Under the pieces are notes generated by a model. The model saw only the letters and a list, made by a program, of their open reading frames with translations, made no database searches and was not told the origin of the DNA. From positions 1 to 28,450 of the IMG/VR virus record IMGVR_UViG_3300012041_000055: DNA of 28,450 nucleotides. The stretch is one strand, 5' to 3'. The stretch's first letter is position 1; every line of letters begins with the position of its first letter. Source of the stretch: a virus (lineage: Duplodnaviria > Caudoviricetes). Positions 1 through 8,622 of this stretch are shown in pieces. The position numbers and the translations under genes are program-made.

Positions 1-750
1 AATAAACAGACAGAATTGGAAGCCATTAATCGCTTGACGAATACCAGCGATGCGCTTCGCGGTGTTCAGTTCAAGACGAATACGAATACAACTGCGGTCA
101 ATACGTATCAGGAAGCGATGCGATTGAGCGTCGGTGCTAAGGTCGATGTGGTCGAGGATGCTGTTGCCGATATTGCACAGGCGCTTGCAGAGCTATGCAT
201 CAAGAATATGTCGTCAGAGGAAGTTGCAGGACTGATTGGTCCTGCGCTTGCGCAAGGCTTTAGGAACATGCCTGTGCAGGAGTTCAATTCACAGTATTCG
301 GTGCAACTTGTTGCGGGAAGCATGGAGAAGCCGAATAGTACGTTTAAGAAGAAGGAAGCGATTGAATTGACGCAAGCTGTAGGACAATTCGCTAAGGCTG
401 CTCCTGGATCGACTCTCAGGATCATGCTCAAGGTGTTACAGCAAGCGTTTACTGAGATCGTAATGAAGAAGGAAGATTGGGCTGCGATCGATCAAGAAAT
501 CCAGGCCAATCTGTCCCGAGGCGTCAGTGACGGTTCGGGTGGCGGCGGTGAAGGTGGAGACCTGCAACAAGCAGCACAGCAGTTGCCGGACGAAGTGAAG
601 GCTCAGGTTGTTCAAATGAAACAGCAAGGGGCTTCGGATCAAGAAATATTGGCATTCATACAGGAGCACGTGAACAATGGCACCCAGAGACAGACAACAG
701 GACAGCAGCAGCGACAGCCGACAAATGGTGTTCGACAATCTCGGGCTTGA
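1..750 (+). CDS. Portal (head-tail connector) protein, C-terminal part; truncated by the window edge
   Basis: Frame is open from base 1. Helical protein with a Gln-rich C-terminal tail, directly upstream of scaffold and capsid genes in the usual podovirus order. Call rests mainly on synteny. Confidence 0.7.
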   Translation, partial: NKQTELEAINRLTNTSDALRGVQFKTNTNTTAVNTYQEAMRLSVGAKVDVVEDAVADIAQALAELCIKNMSSEEVAGLIGPALAQGFRNMPVQEFNSQYSVQLVAGSMEKPNSTFKKKEAIELTQAVGQFAKAAPGSTLRIMLKVLQQAFTEIVMKKEDWAAIDQEIQANLSRGVSDGSGGGGEGGDLQQAAQQLPDEVKAQVVQMKQQGASDQEILAFIQEHVNNGTQRQTTGQQQRQPTNGVRQSRA

Positions 751-1801
751 CGCTGACGACCTTGGCGCCGGCGATCTTGGCGATGATCTGGACTCCGGTT
801 CTGATGATAGTCAGGACGACGGCGATCAACAGAGCGACGACGGCGCACCGGATCATAGGGGGCGGCAGCAGCTTGACGATCTGAGTGTGAGTCGTACACC
901 GGATCGTCGACAGCAGCGACAGCAGTCTGAAACGCAGCCTCGACCATTCGCTCGTACTGCGGAAGTGCAGCCGGACGGCAACGGCAATCTGGTCGATCCG
1001 CAGACTGGTCAGGTTGTGGCTAGAGCGGGACGTGAAGCTGCACTATATCAACGCGGCTTCAAGAGCGGTGAGGGCGCGAAGGTAGGTGGTTTGACCTATC
1101 GTTTGCAACAGCGAGAGAATCAACTGCGTCAGGCTATGGACGCAGGGCGTCAACTGCATACAGAGGTTCAGCAGCTTCGCAGTCAAGGTGAAGCGTTAAA
1201 GCAGTTCAATTTGCAGCCGAATGATATGTTAGCGGCTGCAAAGCTGTTCAACGACCTAAAAACAAGGCCAGCGGAGGCCCTGCGCGCCCTATTGACAAGG
1301 GCAGCCGCAAGTGGTACAAATGTGGCAGAACTTGGAATTCAAGGCGTGAACGGTGCAGATGCCAAGTCACTGATCGATTTGGTCCGAGAGGAAATTCAGA
1401 AGGCCACACAGCCTATTTCTGAGCAGAACCAGAGAACCCAAGAAGTCGAACGGCAGCGTCAGCAGCAACAAGAACAAGAACGTAAGGCGCATGAAGAAGT
1501 AGAGTCGTTCTTCGCTGAAAATCAGGATGCGCAGAAATACATGCCCGTGTTCCAACGGGTACTTCAGAACCCCGATTTCAGGGGAATGTCGCTCGGTGAA
1601 ATCTGGGCACGTATTCAACTGAACCTACTGCGAAACGGAAGCCGTCAAGGTGGTTCTCAAAGAGGGAACGCTCGTGGTGCATCACGTCCGGTTGGTCGTG
1701 GACAGCCGCCGAGCGGAGACGATAGAAACCGTCCTGCTCCAGCAAATTCGACATACGACAATATCTTGAAGGACGTTCTGGACCAGCACGGCGTTGTGTG
1801 A
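677..1801 (+). CDS. Capsid scaffolding protein
   Basis: AGGAG at 662-666. Asp-rich disordered N-terminus, Gln/Glu-rich coiled coils, short C-terminal helix (YDNILKDVLDQHGVV); lies immediately before the capsid gene. Confidence 0.7.
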   Translation: MAPRDRQQDSSSDSRQMVFDNLGLDADDLGAGDLGDDLDSGSDDSQDDGDQQSDDGAPDHRGRQQLDDLSVSRTPDRRQQRQQSETQPRPFARTAEVQPDGNGNLVDPQTGQVVARAGREAALYQRGFKSGEGAKVGGLTYRLQQRENQLRQAMDAGRQLHTEVQQLRSQGEALKQFNLQPNDMLAAAKLFNDLKTRPAEALRALLTRAAASGTNVAELGIQGVNGADAKSLIDLVREEIQKATQPISEQNQRTQEVERQRQQQQEQERKAHEEVESFFAENQDAQKYMPVFQRVLQNPDFRGMSLGEIWARIQLNLLRNGSRQGGSQRGNARGASRPVGRGQPPSGDDRNRPAPANSTYDNILKDVLDQHGVV

Positions 1802-1855
1802 GTCATAATCTGATCAGCACCCTTTTCTAAGGGTGTAAACCTCTAGGAGAGATCA

Positions 1856-2833
1856 ATGGCTGCCCTCGATACCGTCATCCACTCCATGCTCACTCGCAGT
1901 CGTGCGAAGCTGATCATGGCGTCGGCGATTTCGGGCACCGTTTCCGCGTATCTCCACGCTAAGAAGCGCGTGGTGGTCGAAGACGGCGGCCCGAGCATTA
2001 CCAATCCGATCATCGTCGGGTTGAATCCAAACGTTACATCGATGCAGTACTACGATACAGTGCCCATCGATCAGACCAATGAGTTCACGACCATTAGCTA
2101 CAGCATGGCAAGAGTCGTGGGTTCCCTAATCATCTCAGATCAGGAAGAAGACGAGAACCAAGGTCGTGCTCAAATCTTTAAGATCATCAAAGGCAAGATC
2201 ATGGCGCTCGACGAGAGCATTTCTCGTCAGTTCGCGGCTTATCATACGGCGGTCGGTGCCGGGACCGATCCTAACGGGTTGGGCAATCTCATTCCGGCCG
2301 ATCCGACTACCGGCTCTGTGGGCGGTATCAGTCTTGCGGCGGAACCGCAGTGGCGGTCCTCGTCATATGACTTCGCCGGTACGCTGACGCCGGAGAACAT
2401 CGAGGAAGCGTTCGACGACATTCTCGAACTCGACCTGAACCGTGGCGATACGTCTGCGGACGATGCGGCTGAGTCCAAGCCGAGTGTCATCTTCGCTGGA
2501 CGTAATATCTACCGTATGCATAAGGCGGCGGCTCGCGATAAGCAGACCATCGCTCTCGATGCATCCGGCACCGGTAAGAAGCTGGTGAACCTCGGTATCG
2601 TTGGCACGACGCACAATGGTACACCGTTGCTTTTCGACGAGAAGCTCGGAGCCAATGTCGCGTACTTCGTCAACGACAAGTTCCTTACGCTCCACATCCT
2701 CCGTGGCGTCAACATGCGCATCAAGCAATTGGTCGCACCTTGGAGCATGGATGCATCCGGTCGTCGGATTGTGTGGGAAGGGCAACTCTGCTCTTGGCGT
2801 CAATACCGAACGCACGCCTACCTCACCAATTAG
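1856..2833 (+). CDS. Major capsid protein (HK97-fold expected)
   Basis: 325 aa with AGGAG RBS and strong C/G-ending codon bias. The segments GGPSITNPI, IISDQEEDENQG and NGLGNLI resemble podovirus-type capsid proteins; position after the scaffold. Confidence 0.85.
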   Translation: MAALDTVIHSMLTRSRAKLIMASAISGTVSAYLHAKKRVVVEDGGPSITNPIIVGLNPNVTSMQYYDTVPIDQTNEFTTISYSMARVVGSLIISDQEEDENQGRAQIFKIIKGKIMALDESISRQFAAYHTAVGAGTDPNGLGNLIPADPTTGSVGGISLAAEPQWRSSSYDFAGTLTPENIEEAFDDILELDLNRGDTSADDAAESKPSVIFAGRNIYRMHKAAARDKQTIALDASGTGKKLVNLGIVGTTHNGTPLLFDEKLGANVAYFVNDKFLTLHILRGVNMRIKQLVAPWSMDASGRRIVWEGQLCSWRQYRTHAYLTN

Positions 2834-2891
2834 GCACCCGCTTCCGCGGGTGTGAATGTGCGAGTCGCACACGAACCAGGAGTACAGCACC

Positions 2892-3314
2892 GTGTTTCAA
2901 GCAGCAATGAGCGGCACCAGACTGTCGTATGTCGTGCGGCAGCTTGATGGGCAAGTCGAGCGGGAAATCACTCCGTTCGACATGAAGAAGCGTGAGATCG
3001 TGCGCAAGATACAGAAGCAAGACGCTGGATACATCGTCTACTTCCCTCGTGGGCACGTTCTCCGTTTCAAGAATATGGAGGAATTGAAGCGGTACAAGCT
3101 TCACGTTCGTCCTCGGATGATCAACTTGCAGGGTTTGGAAGACCCAAACAGTCCACTCGGCAAGCTGATTTCCGCGCAAGACCAAAACGAACGCGACACT
3201 GCGTTCGAGGCACTTGAGAACCAAGTCATCGCCATGGCCACAGCCCGAACAGGGCGGGTGGTCATGCCGGAGCAGTTGATTTCACAACCGGCTGCTCCCG
3301 GCACGACGGTGTGA
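2892..3314 (+). CDS. Hypothetical protein (head module)
   Basis: ORF track gives 2856; in-frame GTG at 2892 preceded by AGGAG (2878-2882) is the more likely start. Confidence 0.65.
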   Translation: MFQAAMSGTRLSYVVRQLDGQVEREITPFDMKKREIVRKIQKQDAGYIVYFPRGHVLRFKNMEELKRYKLHVRPRMINLQGLEDPNSPLGKLISAQDQNERDTAFEALENQVIAMATARTGRVVMPEQLISQPAAPGTTV

Positions 3315-3343
3315 CTCACGCAACCTAAAGGAGGATCGGTCAG

Positions 3344-4054
3344 ATGGCCGCCAAAGAGAGACTGTTTTCTGGGTTGACTGGCATCAACAACTATGTGCCA
3401 GCGATGGGATACTCTGCAAACCTTGTCCATGGGCAACCGACGGCTTTCTCTCTTGGAACGCCGGCTGTTGCTGCTGCTGCTGCACTTAGCGCCAACGCTG
3501 GTGGTGCAAACGCTGTAGCACTTACGTTCTTTCCGCTCAGTCTTACGACGGACAGTCCGTATGGACGTGTGTTGCGTGTTGATCTCAGCGGTGTTCCTGG
3601 CAACATACCAGTAATCGAAATACAAGGCGTTGACTATCTCGGTCAACCGGTTGCGAAGCGATTCACTGGTGGTGCTGCGGTGACGACGACAACTGCCGGC
3701 GGTGCTGCGGCGATTAGGCGCGTTACCGGTGCGAAGATCATTACTGCGGCAACCAACGCAGTGACGTTCTCCATCGGTACGACTGGCATCCTCGGCTTGC
3801 CGTACAAGTGCAACATCGGATGGGCGAAGGAAGGTACACCGCCGGTGTTCATCGATCCTGCTGGCATCTTTGCCAAATGGGTCAAACCGGTGTTGGTCGA
3901 TCCTCAGTCGTTGACCACCGGCGATCCGCGTGGAACCTATGCGCCAACGACGCTCGATAGTGTGATGGAAACCATTCTCGGGCTCGAAGGTGATAACTCG
4001 GTGAATGCCGCAGGCAACGGTGGGCTGCACGGTATCAAGCACTTCTTCGCGTAG
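3344..4054 (+). CDS. Putative capsid decoration / minor virion protein
   Basis: AAGGAGG RBS; 236 aa, Ala/Gly/Thr-rich beta-type composition, TGDPRGTYAP near the C-terminus; between capsid and tail genes. Confidence 0.5.
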   Translation: MAAKERLFSGLTGINNYVPAMGYSANLVHGQPTAFSLGTPAVAAAAALSANAGGANAVALTFFPLSLTTDSPYGRVLRVDLSGVPGNIPVIEIQGVDYLGQPVAKRFTGGAAVTTTTAGGAAAIRRVTGAKIITAATNAVTFSIGTTGILGLPYKCNIGWAKEGTPPVFIDPAGIFAKWVKPVLVDPQSLTTGDPRGTYAPTTLDSVMETILGLEGDNSVNAAGNGGLHGIKHFFA

Positions 4055-4063
4055 GTATGAGTC

Positions 4064-4753
4064 ATGTCAGCTACTGTTCGCCAAGTAGTAGACGATGCGC
4101 TGGAACTGGTCGGTGAAGTAGCCGGCCCAGGCGTCCAGATGTACGGGGACGACCGGATGCGCAGCAATGCCATCCGGGCGTTCGACATGCTTTTCAAGAA
4201 GTATCCGTGGCACCAATACCGCAAGTGGTTTCGCTTACAGCTTGACGGTGTACTTGGCGTGGTGTCCACGGACGCATTCGAACAGGTAAAGGACTTCGAG
4301 GACTTCATTAAGGTTTGTCGTGATGCGGAGTCCGAGTCTATACCGATGTGGCCGCGTGATGCCAATCCGTTTTCGTCTGCGATCACTAGCGGCGGTACGC
4401 AGCTTCGGTACTGGACAAGTCTGCATGTAGCAGACGCGAACTATGCAATGCGTAGGCTGCAATTCTATCCTGTGACCGCCACGGGTTTCGTGAACATTCA
4501 AGTGCTGTTGTATCCTCTCGTTCCTCCGGCATCGCAGTGGGATTGGGAAGATACATGGTATTTGGACCGTGCGTTGCTTACATATGCGACAGCGTTCATG
4601 ACACTTGTGGGCGATGACATGAATACCAATGCTGCCAATGTCGTTAAGGGAATGATGAATGACAAATTCAACGATATTAAGAATGCGTTGTCGCGTATCC
4701 CGAAAGCGATCGATCCGTCTTCTGGCGTTCCTACTGAATGGCAAGAAGTGTGA
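4064..4753 (+). CDS. Tail adaptor (tail tubular protein A-like)
   Basis: 229 aa; N-terminal 'TVRQVVDDALELVGE' helix and 'KKYPW' are typical of podovirus adaptors; precedes a ~600-aa nozzle gene. Confidence 0.65.
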   Translation: MSATVRQVVDDALELVGEVAGPGVQMYGDDRMRSNAIRAFDMLFKKYPWHQYRKWFRLQLDGVLGVVSTDAFEQVKDFEDFIKVCRDAESESIPMWPRDANPFSSAITSGGTQLRYWTSLHVADANYAMRRLQFYPVTATGFVNIQVLLYPLVPPASQWDWEDTWYLDRALLTYATAFMTLVGDDMNTNAANVVKGMMNDKFNDIKNALSRIPKAIDPSSGVPTEWQEV

Positions 4754-4786
4754 GTCATACAGCACCCGATCGAACCGAGTGTAAAC

Positions 4787-6610
4787 ATGGGTCGCGATCT
4801 ACTTTCGATTGAAATCAAAGCGAAGAAGCCAAGTAAGCTTCTGCCGCTTGTTATCCGTGGCTTCGGCGGTGGTTTGAACACGGTCGAAAACGATATTCTT
4901 ATGAGCCCTTCTGATCAAGTTGCCCTGAATAACATGCGGCGCACAGCGTCTGGCGGGCAGAAGGTTCGATATGGCTCGAACTGGTTTGAGGATGTGTCTG
5001 ATACTGTTACTGGTACGATTGTTGACATGGAGTATTTCGCGAACACCATCATCTCGGTTACAACGACGGGGCAGATATGCGCGACGGATAACGATGGCGT
5101 CAGTATCGTTATATGGAATAGTGCCATCGCGGCGCTTCTCCCAGGTGCTCCATCAGGTTGGTCCGCAGGAATTACTAATGTCGATTTCGTCCCGTTCAGG
5201 AATCAGCTTATCGTTCACAATGGAATAGACAAACCGATTACGATTAGTGCGAGTTTGGTTGTAACATACTTACAGGACTTGGGGAGTGGTAGTAATACCA
5301 ATACGCCCATCGGTAAATATGGATGTGTTGTATCAAACTATCATTGCATTGCAGGCATTAGTGGTTTGCCTAATACTATCTACATATCAGCAAAAGGAAC
5401 TGCTGGAACGTTCTTCGGTGATCCCGCTCCTAACGATTCGATTAGTATCGATGTTGGTGCGTATGCTCCAGAAGGTGCCGCCGAGATTAGAGGCATTGCT
5501 GGATTTCGTACCTTCTTGATTGTGTTCTTTCTCGCTCAATCACTTGTCGTTCAGCTTGGTATATATAATGATGCGACTACTCCTGAGCATGTTCCAGAAT
5601 TTCCTGACTCGATGCCAGATTTTGGAATACTTGGTCATCGTTGTATTAAACAGGTTGAGAACGATATGCTATTTGCTGGTCTTGACGGTCTGGCAAGTGC
5701 GACTCGTAATCTGTTCGGCAATCTGGATACGTTGGCACTTAGTGAAAAGATCGAGCCGTTTTATCGTGCTACAATTGCTGTTTTGACCGATACACAAATC
5801 AGGCTTAATTGTTTTTTGGTGTATGACTCACTAGCGCATGATCTGATCTTATCGATTCCGTCTGGTCCGTCGTTTGTGTATAGCTTTAATGACCGTTTAC
5901 GTTATCGAAGCTGGTCAACTTTTTCTGGTCAAGGAATGACTGCGGCATGTACATCATTCTTAGGTCGAGTGTTCTATTCAATTGGAACACGTATCTTTCA
6001 ATATGGAAACGGTGCATATCTTGGTGAAAACTATGCAGCAGATAGGCTTAATGATCGCGATGGTGATTGGGCTCCTGTCACTGCTTATGCTGTTGGGGAC
6101 ATTCTACGAGATGTTCCGAATGATTCAAGTTGGATTGCCATAGGTAATAATGTTAGCGGTTCAGTTTCGTTTGCCCAAGATCGTGCCGATCAAGTACTGG
6201 CCCCGAAGTGGACAGAATATGAAGGTGAGGCAATTGCGTTCGAGATGGAGTTGCCTTGGTTGGATAGTAAAGACCCAACACAAACTAAGATTTTGAGATT
6301 TGCTTCTGTCGGTTCAAAGGGAACTGGAGAGTTTATGCTCAAGATTTATGTAGACAACTTGTTTAAGGACGGCGATGGCGTTATACAGTACAATCCAGCG
6401 GTTACTGTCAATTTCATTGGTAATGATGCTCCCGGTTTCGGGTTCGATGCTGGTCCTTACGGCGGTGGCCGTAGAAGCGATGATCCGAGGCTCTGGAACG
6501 TACCAGTAAAGTTTAAGACCCTAAAATGTATCTATGCAGGATCGGTTCGTAAGCCGCTTGAATTGATTAGTCAAAAGTTTGTCTACGCTCGCGGAAGCCG
6601 CCAACGATGA
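4787..6610 (+). CDS. Tail nozzle (tail tubular protein B / P22 gp10-like beta-propeller)
   Basis: 607 aa, beta-rich; 'RGFGGGLN...NNM...GGQKVRYG' N-terminus characteristic of podovirus nozzle/head-closure proteins; position after the adaptor. Confidence 0.75.
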   Translation: MGRDLLSIEIKAKKPSKLLPLVIRGFGGGLNTVENDILMSPSDQVALNNMRRTASGGQKVRYGSNWFEDVSDTVTGTIVDMEYFANTIISVTTTGQICATDNDGVSIVIWNSAIAALLPGAPSGWSAGITNVDFVPFRNQLIVHNGIDKPITISASLVVTYLQDLGSGSNTNTPIGKYGCVVSNYHCIAGISGLPNTIYISAKGTAGTFFGDPAPNDSISIDVGAYAPEGAAEIRGIAGFRTFLIVFFLAQSLVVQLGIYNDATTPEHVPEFPDSMPDFGILGHRCIKQVENDMLFAGLDGLASATRNLFGNLDTLALSEKIEPFYRATIAVLTDTQIRLNCFLVYDSLAHDLILSIPSGPSFVYSFNDRLRYRSWSTFSGQGMTAACTSFLGRVFYSIGTRIFQYGNGAYLGENYAADRLNDRDGDWAPVTAYAVGDILRDVPNDSSWIAIGNNVSGSVSFAQDRADQVLAPKWTEYEGEAIAFEMELPWLDSKDPTQTKILRFASVGSKGTGEFMLKIYVDNLFKDGDGVIQYNPAVTVNFIGNDAPGFGFDAGPYGGGRRSDDPRLWNVPVKFKTLKCIYAGSVRKPLELISQKFVYARGSRQR

Positions 6611-6652
6611 TTGTGTGAGTCACACACTACTCGAACAGGTTGAGCACAAGCT

Positions 6653-7978
6653 ATGACACAGTTTTCTGCACACTTTCGCATTCCAATTCCTGACTTTGAG
6701 CAGGAGCCTTGGCACGATGAATTGGAAACAGCAATTCGTCAAGTCGATCAGGCTATCTATGAAGCACTGTTCGCGGCCGGTGCTGCTTTGTGGGAGAATG
6801 ATCATGACTACTTCACTGGCGATATTGCTCTTGATAACATCGATGGTCAGCTTTATGTGTGTGCTATTAATCACACTAGTCCATCCACACCTACCACGTT
6901 CACGTCGTTCCGAAATGCTAATCCGACATTTTGGAATGCCATTGTTACCATCCCTCAGTTCCGAGGTATTTGGGCTACTGCGACATCGTACATCAAGGGT
7001 GATTTTGTTATCGATAATCAGCGGTACGCTGTTGCTACTGTTTCTCATTTCTCAACTGTTTTCAATTCCGATCTTGGAGCGGGTAAGTGGGCCGTCCTGA
7101 TTGATTTAACCACCGTTCAAGCTGGATTTAATGAAAACGCGGAAGGCTCTATTGCTTCTGCGTCGACTACTGACATTGGAGCGGAAGCACCGTCACGCTT
7201 AGCCATTACTGGTACGGCTACGATCACTAGTTTCGGTGCTGTAGCGAACAAGTACAAGATGCTGCGGTATACGGACGCGGCGATTGTGACTCACAATGCT
7301 ACGACGTTGGCACTGATTGGTAGTGCAAACAGGACCATGCGAACGGGCGATGTTCAAATCTTGACATCGAACGCTTCTGGGCAGTGGCGTGAATTTGCAT
7401 TCTTTCGATCGGATGGCAATCCGGCGACTGAAACAGAACCTGGTGTAATCGAGCTTGCTACAACGGCGGAAGCGCAAGCAGGCGCTGATACTACTCGGGC
7501 TATTAGTCCAGCAAGGTTCAATGAAGCATTTGACAATCGCTTCTTTCCTTCTGGTACAAAAATGCCATTCCAACAGACTACCGCACCGATTCGTTGGACA
7601 AAGGATACAACGCATAACGATAAGGCACTGCGTGTTGTTTCCGGTTCCGTTGGCTCTGGCGGTACAGTTGCATTCTCAACAGTCTTTGCAAGGACCGCAA
7701 CGGATGTACACGCATTGACGATCAGTGAAATGCCAATACATAATCACAGTATCAGTGATCCTGGACATGTGCATGGTATATCACCTGATGCGGCAACTAC
7801 ATCAGGTCAGACCTTTACTGCTGGTGGCGTTGCTGGGGCTGCGGCGGCAGGTGCAACAGATACGGATAGTGCTGTGACAAATATCACAGTCGATAATTCT
7901 GGCGTTGGTGACTCGCACTCACATGCTATGGACATTCGTGTCCAATACGTCGATCTGATCATCGCAACGAAGGACTAG
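6653..7978 (+). CDS. Tail fibre protein 1
   Basis: Two W-x5-Y-x2-GD (CBM5/12-like) modules, a 'GVIELATTAEAQAG' fibre repeat and a collar/His-rich tip (MPIHNHSISDPGHVH...SHSH). Confidence 0.8.
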   Translation: MTQFSAHFRIPIPDFEQEPWHDELETAIRQVDQAIYEALFAAGAALWENDHDYFTGDIALDNIDGQLYVCAINHTSPSTPTTFTSFRNANPTFWNAIVTIPQFRGIWATATSYIKGDFVIDNQRYAVATVSHFSTVFNSDLGAGKWAVLIDLTTVQAGFNENAEGSIASASTTDIGAEAPSRLAITGTATITSFGAVANKYKMLRYTDAAIVTHNATTLALIGSANRTMRTGDVQILTSNASGQWREFAFFRSDGNPATETEPGVIELATTAEAQAGADTTRAISPARFNEAFDNRFFPSGTKMPFQQTTAPIRWTKDTTHNDKALRVVSGSVGSGGTVAFSTVFARTATDVHALTISEMPIHNHSISDPGHVHGISPDAATTSGQTFTAGGVAGAAAAGATDTDSAVTNITVDNSGVGDSHSHAMDIRVQYVDLIIATKD

Positions 7979-7981
7979 GCC

Positions 7982-8308
7982 ATGAAAGTGTCAGTCATTA
8001 GAGAAGACAACAAAGTCGTAGTGGACGGTGTAGGTCATGATGTAGACTGTTCCGAGCTACCGACGTTTATCCATGCAATCCAATTCGATAATGGTGTCGG
8101 CCATATCGAATTCAAAGCGGATGAGAATGGACGACGGATGGGAAACATCAAGATCATGGATATTACGTTCGCCAACTACCTATTGGATCGTCATAGGATC
8201 GAAGACGAACGTGTAAAAAAGGAGAAGAAGGAAGCAGGCGAAAAGATGAAGCTCGCATCTGAGGAACGCGAAGCGAAACTAGCTGAACTTAGGAACAAGA
8301 AGATATGA
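7982..8308 (+). CDS. Tail-fibre-associated hypothetical protein
   Basis: 108 aa directly after the fibre gene; beta N-terminus and charged coiled-coil C-terminus. Confidence 0.55.
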   Translation: MKVSVIREDNKVVVDGVGHDVDCSELPTFIHAIQFDNGVGHIEFKADENGRRMGNIKIMDITFANYLLDRHRIEDERVKKEKKEAGEKMKLASEEREAKLAELRNKKI

Positions 8309-8607
8309 ACCTCCCTGATCCAAAGATTGGGTGTCACAAGACCGGCTTTGTGAAGAAGTGTCGTAAGCTGGTTGCTGATGGCATCTGTGACAGGTGGATG
8401 CACATCGTTGGAATGAACCCTAATACGGGTGTACAGATTGATCAGTATCGATGTATCGATGATTGGGTTCCACTGCTCATGATCGAGAACTCGAAGTTGC
8501 AACGTGAGACTGGTGCTGCTGTAGAGAGTTTTCGAAACGAGATGGTGAAACAGAACGAGGAAAGCTTTAGACAAATTACGCGAGAGCCTAAGATAATTAA
8601 CAATTAG
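8305..8607 (+). CDS. Cys-containing hypothetical protein of a type often seen next to phage tail-fibre genes
   Basis: ATGA overlap with the upstream gene; four Cys plus 'G.NP.TG...D...C...W.PLL.IEN...RETGAAVESFRNE'. Family recollection is from memory, not a search. Confidence 0.6.
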   Translation: MNLPDPKIGCHKTGFVKKCRKLVADGICDRWMHIVGMNPNTGVQIDQYRCIDDWVPLLMIENSKLQRETGAAVESFRNEMVKQNEESFRQITREPKIINN

Positions 8608-8622
8608 CTGTGCGAGTCGTAC

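Noticed and set aside
484-493. Recurrent GATCGATC / CGATCG words as a second dispersed signal
   Set aside because: Explained by common Ile-Asp codon pairs (ATC GAT); no junction bias or extended consensus seen.
2856-2891. ATG 2856 as start of the post-capsid gene (MCESH...)
   Set aside because: It runs through the palindrome and follows a hairpin without an RBS; GTG 2892 has AGGAG at suitable spacing.
3101-4042. 313-aa minus-strand ORF and the other antisense or alternate-frame ORFs in the track
   Set aside because: They shadow well-supported genes on the opposite strand or frame, are Arg/Ser-rich, and lack RBS or recognisable motifs.
4751-4757. Eukaryotic AP-1/GCN4 site TGASTCA
   Set aside because: Gene content and Shine-Dalgarno signals are bacteriophage-like, and many copies have CGASTCG or mixed cores.
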